From NCBI GenBank assembly GCA_964464595.1, contig CAYXGW010000029.1, forward strand, positions 1 through 51,009: DNA of 51,009 nucleotides, read 5' to 3'. Positions 40,191 through 47,621 of this stretch are shown in pieces. Each line of letters starts with the position of its first letter. Within the stretch, counting starts at the first letter, position 1. Both the position numbers and the translations under genes were made by a program. Source of the DNA: an uncultured Deferribacteres bacterium. Lineage in GTDB: Bacteria > Zhuqueibacterota > JdFR-76 > DREG01. The notes below the pieces were generated by a model. That model ran no database searches, had not been told where the DNA came from, and saw only the letters and a program-made list of their open reading frames with translations.

Positions 40191-40495
40191 GACAAAATAT
40201 CTTGGTCAGATTATCACTTAACCTTTTATCAACTTCAACTAATGTGTAAAAACATTTATTAGCAATGGATCAAAATAGATTTTATATGAATTTCCCAAAA
40301 GACCAATTCATGTCATCCCGTCGTGGACGGAATCTCGTTAATAAACAACAACTTACGTTATGTCTAAGTAGATTCCTCCTGAATGACATTAGATGTTTAT
40401 TTGTGTTTTGTAGAAATATGTTATGTTTTCAGTCAGTCTCACATTTACCGGGGATCTATTTTATATCATGCTAACCTTGTTGAAAGATTACTAAA

Positions 40496-41143
40496 ATGTT
40501 TACAGATTGGGAAGCAAGGCGACAGATCGTCAGTTTTGGTAAAAAGACATATGAAAAGGGTTTGGTAGCCGCGACAGATGGTAATATTTCGGTCCGAATG
40601 ATGTCTGACCGATTCATGATAACACCCAGTGGAGTTCCTCTTTCGGATCTTGATTTAAATGATCTTGTCTATGTTAATTTAGACGGACAGGTTTTGCAGG
40701 GGCGAAAAAAGCCATCCTCCGAATTACCGATGCATCTGGAAATTTACCGGCAACGTCCCGAAATGAATGCAGTCATTCACGCCCATCCGCCCACAACTGT
40801 TGCATTTACAATAGCCGGGGAGACTTTTATTCAGCCGGTATTACCGGAACTTGTCGTTCTATTCGGTGAAATTCCCATCGCCACCTATGCTACTCCCGCC
40901 ACAGAAGAAAGCGCTAACTCCATTCGTGATTTAATTCCAAATAATGATGTAATTGTTTTAGATCACCATGGTGCCGTAACTGTAGGTAAGTCCCTGGATG
41001 ACGCCTTTGCAAAAATGGAAAAATTAGAGCATTCTTCAATCACGTTATTAGCAGCAAAACAAATTGGCCGCATCAATCCTTTAGAGCCTTCCGACGTCCG
41101 CAAACTTGAAAAGATGCGTAAAGAGAAGGGGTATAGCAATTAA
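40496..41143 (+). CDS. Class II aldolase/adducin-family protein (FucA/AraD-like)
   Basis: 'DGNISVRM...ITPSG...ELPMHLEIYRQRPEMNAVIHAHPP', metal-binding His cluster. Confidence 0.85.
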   Translation: MFTDWEARRQIVSFGKKTYEKGLVAATDGNISVRMMSDRFMITPSGVPLSDLDLNDLVYVNLDGQVLQGRKKPSSELPMHLEIYRQRPEMNAVIHAHPPTTVAFTIAGETFIQPVLPELVVLFGEIPIATYATPATEESANSIRDLIPNNDVIVLDHHGAVTVGKSLDDAFAKMEKLEHSSITLLAAKQIGRINPLEPSDVRKLEKMRKEKGYSN

Positions 41144-41480
41144 CCTGAATTTTTCAGTATTAGCAAAAACCGAAAACATTTATTGAGTGAAAACAAGAGG
41201 TTAAGACAATATTTTAATTTGCAAGAAGAATCCAAAATTGCAATCCTAATTAAAATCCGTACTATTTCATCGTTTATCGTCGGTTGTCTTTCGATGTTTA
41301 TAAATTGATAAGGTCAACTGTTCGAAATTTTGAAATCAGAAGCCTATACAAAAATGTCAGGTCACTTACTTATTTTGAATCGATAGTCATTCAAAATTCA
41401 TTATTCTTGTTTGCATTCTATTTCAATCAAAAGTATTATTATTTTACTCGATTAACATCCAATAAATGAGGTTATAATTC

Positions 41481-42029
41481 ATGCGTATTCAAATCAACAA
41501 AAGCGCAATTCACATCATGCAGGGAGATATCACGCATCAAAATACGGATGCTATTGTGAATGCTGCAAATAATTCATTAATGGGTGGCGGTGGTGTTGAT
41601 GGCGCCATTCATCGGGCAGGCGGACCTGAAATATTGGCAGAAAACAAGAAAATAGTAAAAGAAAAAGGACCGTTACCAACCGGTGAGGCAGTTATTACTA
41701 CTGCAGGCAAAATGCCATCAAAGTATGTGATTCACACCGTCGGACCCATCTATAAAAATGGTGCCTCAGGAGAAGCGGAATTGTTGACCAATGCATATCG
41801 GAATAGCCTTGTTTTAGCGGCAGAAAAACAACTTGAATCGATCAGTTTTCCTTCTATCAGTACCGGTGTTTTTGGCTATCCAATTCCTGATGCAGCTGAT
41901 ATTGCCATTGAAAGTGTGATTCAATTTCTAAGAGAGAATGTTCAAATAAAATTGGTACGATTCGTCCTATTTGACGATCGCACTTTCTTGTCTTATCAGC
42001 AAGCATTAAACAAGATTGGGAAAGACTGA
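41481..42029 (+). CDS. Macro-domain protein (O-acetyl-ADP-ribose deacetylase / ADP-ribose-binding, YmdB-like)
   Basis: 'IMQGDITHQNTDAIVNAANNSLMGGGGVDGAIHRAGG...FPSISTGVFGYP'. Confidence 0.85.
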   Translation: MRIQINKSAIHIMQGDITHQNTDAIVNAANNSLMGGGGVDGAIHRAGGPEILAENKKIVKEKGPLPTGEAVITTAGKMPSKYVIHTVGPIYKNGASGEAELLTNAYRNSLVLAAEKQLESISFPSISTGVFGYPIPDAADIAIESVIQFLRENVQIKLVRFVLFDDRTFLSYQQALNKIGKD

Positions 42030-42057
42030 TACCGACTAACCTGAAGAATTCTTAGGC

Positions 42058-42089
42058 ACAAAGTAACAAAGTAACAAAGTAACAAAGTA
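42058..42089. repeat. Tandem repeat (ACAAAGTA)x4, intergenic
   Basis: Four perfect 8-bp units read directly. Confidence 0.9.
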
Positions 42090-42248
42090 TTGAATAGAAA
42101 GAAGAAAATAAGTTTTATCATATAAATTGAAAAAAGCTCAGTTTTTAGTGGTAGTTTTTCTAAGTTATATAATCTTGTGTCTCAGATCTTGGTGGCAGAA
42201 ATTATAAATAACGCAGGCTAATTTAAACAACATAAACGAGGTAATTTT

Positions 42249-42749
42249 GTGAAAATCTATATTTCAAAATTGGAATCACCTTTTGGCATTATTTATTTGG
42301 CATCCTCTGATGATGGCCTGGTTCAGATTGGACTATCAACAGAAGAGAAATTTTTGGTTGAATTGAATAAAAAATATCCCAAGTCACAAATTGAAGAGAA
42401 CGATGCTAAAAACGAAATGGCATTGCAACAGCTTAAAGATTACTTTAGTGGAGAACGAAACGAGTTTTCTGTTCCGATTAGATTGGCCGGAACTGAATTT
42501 CAAAAGAAAGTATGGAATGAACTGCTAAAAATCCCTTATGGCCAAACGATTTCCTATGGAGAAATCGCCAGAAATATCGGCAATCCGAAAGCGGTAAGAG
42601 CGGTAGGTTTGGCGAATAATCGGAATCCTGTCTCAATTATTGTCCCATGCCATCGCGTTATAGGAGCAAACGGGAAATTGGTAGGGTATGGTGGTGGTTT
42701 GGATATGAAAGAAAATTTGCTTAGATTAGAGGGAGCTTTGTTGGCCTGA
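42249..42749 (+). CDS. ogt: Methylated-DNA-protein-cysteine methyltransferase
   Basis: Active-site 'PCHRV' and 'GYGGGL'. GTG start. Confidence 0.9.
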   Translation: MKIYISKLESPFGIIYLASSDDGLVQIGLSTEEKFLVELNKKYPKSQIEENDAKNEMALQQLKDYFSGERNEFSVPIRLAGTEFQKKVWNELLKIPYGQTISYGEIARNIGNPKAVRAVGLANNRNPVSIIVPCHRVIGANGKLVGYGGGLDMKENLLRLEGALLA

Positions 42750-42797
42750 CATAACTAACTTCAGGATTAAATCACGAGTATTAGGAGATATAATTAG

Positions 42798-42977
42798 ATG
42801 GAGACTTTAAAACAAGAAGCGCTTGAAGCAATCTCAAAGTTACCTGAAAGTGCTGAAATTGATGATATAATGTACCGAATTTATGTTATTGATAAAGTAA
42901 GAAAAGCAAAGAAATCTATCAATGATGGCGAATCGATAAGTATTGAAGATCTTAAAAAAGAAATAGAATCAAGGTAA
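42798..42977 (+). CDS. Small antitoxin-like protein (59 aa; 'addiction module component' type)
   Basis: 'METLKQEALEAISKLPESAEIDDIMYRIYVIDKVRKAKKSINDGESIS'. Not in the ORF track (under 60 aa). Immediately precedes a ParE-like reading frame. Confidence 0.5.
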   Translation: METLKQEALEAISKLPESAEIDDIMYRIYVIDKVRKAKKSINDGESISIEDLKKEIESR

Positions 42978-42979
42978 TA

Positions 42980-43369
42980 TGGTCTTCCCCTGCAAAAGAG
43001 GACTTAAAGATTATTTATGATTACATTGCGAAAGATTCTAAAGTCTATGCAAAAAAAGTAGTTGAAAGAATTGTTGAAACTACGGAAAAGCTAAATGAAT
43101 TTCCAAAAATAGGTAGAATGGTTCCTGAGATTGATAGTCAAAACGTGAGAGAGCTATTCATCTATTCCTATCGAATTATTTACCAAATAGCCCAAAATAG
43201 AATTGAGATTCTTATAATGTTCATAGTAAAAGAGATTTCTCTTCAGGAATTCTTAAATAAAAAATTAAATACCATTACAATTAAAAACTTTAACCGGAGA
43301 AATAATGCAATATGGCATAGTCAAGAATTGGGATTCATCACGGGGATATGGATTCATTGTTACGGATGA
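42980..43369 (+). pseudogene. RelE/ParE-family toxin-like reading frame without a canonical start codon in the expected position. 3' boundary uncertain: overlaps the csp gene.
   Basis: The frame encodes 'WSSPAKEDLKIIYDYIAKDSKVYAKKVVERIVETTEKLNEFPKIGRMVPEI...ELFIYSYRIIYQIAQNRIEILIMFIVKE' (ParE-like). The frame is open from 42956 but has no ATG/GTG/TTG before 43118. Confidence 0.4.
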
Positions 43370-43511
43370 TGATGAAGATATATTTGTGAACGTAATTGAT
43401 CTGGACATCACCATAAAAAAAAGAGGACTTCAAGAGGGTGACAAGGTTTCTTTTGATGTTCGCAGTGATCTGAAAGGTGAGAAAGCCATAAATGTACGGT
43501 TGGCCCATTGA
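43305..43511 (+). CDS. Cold-shock domain protein (CspA family)
   Basis: 'GIVKNWDSSRGYGFIVTDDDEDIFVNV' matches the RNP1-like motif of cold-shock domains. Confidence 0.8.
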   Translation: MQYGIVKNWDSSRGYGFIVTDDDEDIFVNVIDLDITIKKRGLQEGDKVSFDVRSDLKGEKAINVRLAH

Positions 43512-43529
43512 GACAGTTTTGGAGGATCT

Positions 43530-44360
43530 TTGCCAGAATTACCTGAAGTTGAAACTGTACGCCAGGGTTTAATTCAGGCAGTATTGAATAGAAAAATTAA
43601 GGATGTTGAAATCTTTCAACCGCAATTACGGTTTCCAGTTCCGGTTGAAAAATTGCAGAGGGGAATCATTGGTTGTGAATTTCGATCTATCCAAAGAAGA
43701 GCCAAATACTTATTACTCGAATTGAATAATGGTTTATCGCTTATTGTCCATTTGGGTATGAGTGGGCGATTATTTGTAACCTCTCATAACAGCAAAATAG
43801 ATAAACATGACCACATCATTTTCAGGCTTGAAGGAGGAGATCATCTACGATTTCGTGACCCCCGGAGGTTTGGAATGATCGATATTTATCCTTCTGATGA
43901 TTTGGAGAATCACGCCAGGTTAAAGGAACTCGGTGTCGAGCCTTTAACATCTGACTTTGATAATAATTATTGTTTAAAAAAAGGTAAAAATTCCAAAAGA
44001 CCCATAAAAAATATGTTAATGGATGCATCCTTTGTGGTCGGTTTGGGAAATATCTACACAAGCGAAGCGCTTTATGATGCAAAAATTCACCCCGCTCGAG
44101 CATCAAATTTACTAACAAAGAAACAGTGGAAAATGCTAATTGGTTCGATTCAATCTGTTCTTAAAGAAGCCATTGTTCAGGGTGGAACTACCTTACAGGA
44201 TGAAGGATTTAAAAATGTTTTAGGATCAGGTGGCATGTTCCAGTTAAAACTAAAAGTATATGGAAAAGCAGGTGAGCCCTGTGAAACTTGTGGCCATTCG
44301 ATTATCAGGTTGGTTCAACAAGGAAGAGGTAGTTTTTTTTGTAAAAAATGTCAACGGTAA
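43530..44360 (+). CDS. mutM: Formamidopyrimidine-DNA glycosylase (Fpg/MutM)
   Basis: N-terminal 'PELPEVETV' (catalytic Pro after the initiator), H2TH, C-terminal zinc finger 'CETCGHSI...CKKCQ'. TTG start. Confidence 0.9.
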   Translation: MPELPEVETVRQGLIQAVLNRKIKDVEIFQPQLRFPVPVEKLQRGIIGCEFRSIQRRAKYLLLELNNGLSLIVHLGMSGRLFVTSHNSKIDKHDHIIFRLEGGDHLRFRDPRRFGMIDIYPSDDLENHARLKELGVEPLTSDFDNNYCLKKGKNSKRPIKNMLMDASFVVGLGNIYTSEALYDAKIHPARASNLLTKKQWKMLIGSIQSVLKEAIVQGGTTLQDEGFKNVLGSGGMFQLKLKVYGKAGEPCETCGHSIIRLVQQGRGSFFCKKCQR

Positions 44361-44458
44361 GTTTATGCAAATCAAAGAATTAATCCTATTCATGTTTGAT
44401 CAGTTTAATAAATATGGACGATGAACTTTTTAATATCATTGCCGTTTAAAATTTTAAT

Positions 44459-45646
44459 ATGGAGGAGATAACGATTAACAGAGCCTTGGTTTTTTATGTT
44501 TTATTTGTTTGTATTTTCAATCAAAATTGTGCAGATTTACAATATGCAAAATACCTGTTACAAGGCAGGTTGATCACTTCTATTGAAAATCATATGACAG
44601 AAATTGACCTTGATGCCCAACCAAGGTTTGCAGATGCTTTTGATATCGACAATGATGGGGATGATGATTTGGTAATAATCGACGATCATGATGTGCTCCT
44701 TATTTACAAAAATGTTTCTTTAGGCAGGTTCTCAACACCGCCCTATGAGTTTGTTATTGAAGAAGGCGCCCAACGAATCGCACATGGGAATTTCGACAGT
44801 AATGGATCGGTTGATATGGCAGTTTCAAACCAATATTCGGATGATATAGCCATTATGCTCAATGAGGGTAGTGGAGATTTTTTTGAAGTTTATTATAGTG
44901 AAGTCGGAATTGAACCTTTTGCGATCCGTGCCGGAGATCTCAACAATGATGGCAAAATCGATTTACTGGTGTCTCACCTCAGCGAAAATTCAATCATTAA
45001 TATTTTGGTGGGACAAGGAGATGGTGATTTCAATATCAAGAAGATGATAGAAGTTGGTCACATTCCATACGATATCGCATTGATTGATTTGGACAATAAT
45101 GGTTTCCTGGATATTTTATCGGCTAATTTCGATTCAAATGATCTTTCCGTTTTCCACAATGTCGGTGATTTCTTGTTCCATACTGAAAAAGTATATTCAA
45201 TTACGGGTAATCCGTTTAATTTGACGGCGGTAAATTTTAATCAAGACGATTTTCCTGATGTTGCGGTTACCTTGTTTGATGTTGATTCTCTTGCCATTTT
45301 AATCAATAACGGTAAAGGAGAATTTGACGAAATACTGAAATTTAATACAGGGAAGTCACCACTATCTTTGGCATCAGCCGATTTCGATGGAAATGGTTGG
45401 GAAGATATAGTTGTAGCAAATTCTGAAGAGGATTCACTATCATTTTATTTCAATGACTCAGACTATCTTGAACAATTCAAAATAGGATTGGAGGATAATT
45501 TTCAACCAACAATGGTAAAAATTTGTAATTTTAACCAGAATGACTATCCTGATTTAGTCTTAACTTATTTTGATAACCAGAAAGTTAGAATCTATTATGA
45601 CATTTTCAGCCCAGAAAGCAGAGATAATGAAATTAGGAAATTCTAA
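44459..45646 (+). CDS. FG-GAP-repeat (integrin-alpha-like beta-propeller) protein
   Basis: Repeated 'D-x-D/N-x-DG-x-x-D' Ca-binding-like loops ('DIDNDGDDDLV', 'DLNNDGKIDLL', 'DLDNNGFLDIL', 'DFDGNGWEDIV'). Confidence 0.7.
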   Translation: MEEITINRALVFYVLFVCIFNQNCADLQYAKYLLQGRLITSIENHMTEIDLDAQPRFADAFDIDNDGDDDLVIIDDHDVLLIYKNVSLGRFSTPPYEFVIEEGAQRIAHGNFDSNGSVDMAVSNQYSDDIAIMLNEGSGDFFEVYYSEVGIEPFAIRAGDLNNDGKIDLLVSHLSENSIINILVGQGDGDFNIKKMIEVGHIPYDIALIDLDNNGFLDILSANFDSNDLSVFHNVGDFLFHTEKVYSITGNPFNLTAVNFNQDDFPDVAVTLFDVDSLAILINNGKGEFDEILKFNTGKSPLSLASADFDGNGWEDIVVANSEEDSLSFYFNDSDYLEQFKIGLEDNFQPTMVKICNFNQNDYPDLVLTYFDNQKVRIYYDIFSPESRDNEIRKF

Positions 45647-45732
45647 TTGTGTTTAAAGATAAAAAACATACTATTTTTGATAATTCCATTTTAATGATAT
45701 ATATTAAAAGCTAAAAGTTGAATGGATTTTTT

Positions 45733-47373
45733 ATGAAGCATAAAACCAAATTAACATTACTTTTTCTTTTCATTTTCTCATCCAATAATAATGCGCAGCA
45801 GAAGTCTACATGGGAAATTATACAAGATAAAATCTTAACGCCTACCTGTACGAGTTGTCATGTTGCAGGATCTTCTTTTGCCATTCAATCCGGGTTGGTT
45901 TTAACCAAGGATGTTGCTTATAAAAATATAGCAAATCGCACGCCTAACAATGAAGCAGCAAGGAGCGATGGATTATTGCTGGTGGGTAATAAAGGGCTGG
46001 AAAGTCTTTATAAAAGCTATTTGTGGGAAAAAATTGATGCTATCGATCAGGAACATTTTTATTCGGATCATCCGTACTATGGTTCCTTAATGCCTTTGGG
46101 GGCGCCACCTCTTACAAATGGACAATTAAAATTTATAAGAGAATGGATACTTGCCGGAATCCCTGAAACCGGAATTGTGGCAGATGAATCCATTCTTGAA
46201 GATATGAGTCGATTTGAAATTCCTGAGTTCCAGGCATTGGCAGCACCTGAACACGGTGTGCAACTTCATCTTGGCCCTTTCGACGTTCAAACCAATTTTG
46301 AAAGAGAATTTTTTTATTACCTGCCGCTGAATAATAATGAGGAGATTTTTATAAATCGTATTGAAATAAATATGCGGCGAGGTAGCCATCATTTTATTGC
46401 ATATCAATTTAATTCTGAAATCCCTGATTATTTAATCCCCCAGGCGAATGTTATTCGAGATATTCGTAACAGTGACGGAAGCTATAATATTTTAAATTTA
46501 TTAGCCACGCCATTTCATACTTTTGTTACTGGTACGCAATGGCCAATCTTGAATTATCATTTACCCCCGGGGGTAGCCTTAAGACTACCGGCCAATATCG
46601 GATTGGATCTAAATCTACACTACGTAAATAGAACTGATGAGATCATGCAAGGTGAAATATATGCAAATTTACACTTTGTAGAACCTCAGAATGTTGTTCA
46701 TGAAGCAAAGGCACTTAATCTTGGGAAATTTGATATAGAACTTCCCCCTCACCAAGTTACTACTTTAACTAAAACATTTACATTTTGGGAGACTAGACAT
46801 ATCTTCCAGCTATTTTCTCATGCACATGAGCATATGACAGAATTTAGAGTTGAGATTGATGGAGGTCCTAGGAATGGAGAGCTTGTCTATATCACTTACG
46901 ATTGGGAACACCCGCCTATTCTGGAATTAGATCCCCCATTAGTCATAGAAGAAGGCCAGGGTTTAAAACTAATCACAACGTATAATAATTGGACAGATCG
47001 TACTTTAAATTTTGGCTTGCGTAGTGATGATGAAATGATGATTCTGTTTGGGGCATATTACTTGAAAAAGGCCACGGGTGTTGATGATAATGAGCGAGGT
47101 AACCTGCCTGAAGTTTTTACCTTGGAGCAGAATTATCCAAACCCATTTAATCCACAAACTACGATCAGTTACAAATTGCCTCAACAAACTCAGGTCAATT
47201 TGGCTATTTATGATATAACAGGGAGAGTGGTTGAACAATTATTTGATGGTACCCAGCCTGCGGGAATCCATCAAATCATTTGGAACGCAAATGGCGCCCC
47301 ATCTGGCATGTATATTGTTAGAATTAAAACGGATAGTTTTCAGTCTATGCGGAAAATGCTGTACTTGAAGTAA
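45733..47373 (+). CDS. Secreted PHM/DBH-like copper type II monooxygenase fold, fused to an N-terminal mono-haem cytochrome c domain and a C-terminal T9SS sorting domain
   Basis: Signal peptide. 'CTSCH' haem-c motif with downstream 'SLMPLG'. 'GSHHFIAY' (HH), 'LHYV', 'HAHEHM' (HxH), 'SDDEMMILFGAYY' (Met-ligand region). T9SS CTD 'NYPNPFNPQTTISY...GMYIVRIKT'. Confidence 0.6.
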   Translation: MKHKTKLTLLFLFIFSSNNNAQQKSTWEIIQDKILTPTCTSCHVAGSSFAIQSGLVLTKDVAYKNIANRTPNNEAARSDGLLLVGNKGLESLYKSYLWEKIDAIDQEHFYSDHPYYGSLMPLGAPPLTNGQLKFIREWILAGIPETGIVADESILEDMSRFEIPEFQALAAPEHGVQLHLGPFDVQTNFEREFFYYLPLNNNEEIFINRIEINMRRGSHHFIAYQFNSEIPDYLIPQANVIRDIRNSDGSYNILNLLATPFHTFVTGTQWPILNYHLPPGVALRLPANIGLDLNLHYVNRTDEIMQGEIYANLHFVEPQNVVHEAKALNLGKFDIELPPHQVTTLTKTFTFWETRHIFQLFSHAHEHMTEFRVEIDGGPRNGELVYITYDWEHPPILELDPPLVIEEGQGLKLITTYNNWTDRTLNFGLRSDDEMMILFGAYYLKKATGVDDNERGNLPEVFTLEQNYPNPFNPQTTISYKLPQQTQVNLAIYDITGRVVEQLFDGTQPAGIHQIIWNANGAPSGMYIVRIKTDSFQSMRKMLYLK

Positions 47374-47621
47374 TGTATTTTTTGTCGACCTCCTCAATTT
47401 ATTCAAACCTCGAAACTAATCCTCATTCATTTCGTATTTTTTGAATCAATATAACTTCAAATCCTTAATTACTTTGGTTGTTCTTGACTTTAAGATCATG
47501 AAAAAGTAATTTAATAATAAGCGTTTTATTTAGATTTAATACACGGAAATGGTAAAACTAGTCTAAATTCCTGTCTGAAGGAATTATAAAATTTTGAATC
47601 CATAAAAACTTCAGGAGGCTT

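Noticed and set aside
40265-40568. Two short ORFs (69 aa, 61 aa) in the gap between the last BMC-P and the class II aldolase
   Set aside because: Low-complexity, Cys/Phe/Leu-rich, no RBS, and the second overlaps the aldolase start. Probably non-coding leader. No known riboswitch consensus recognised by eye.
43118-43369. ORF-track 83-aa ORF taken as a stand-alone gene
   Set aside because: Its N-terminus is the middle of a ParE-like domain whose homology begins ~140 nt upstream. Treated instead as part of a start-less toxin remnant.
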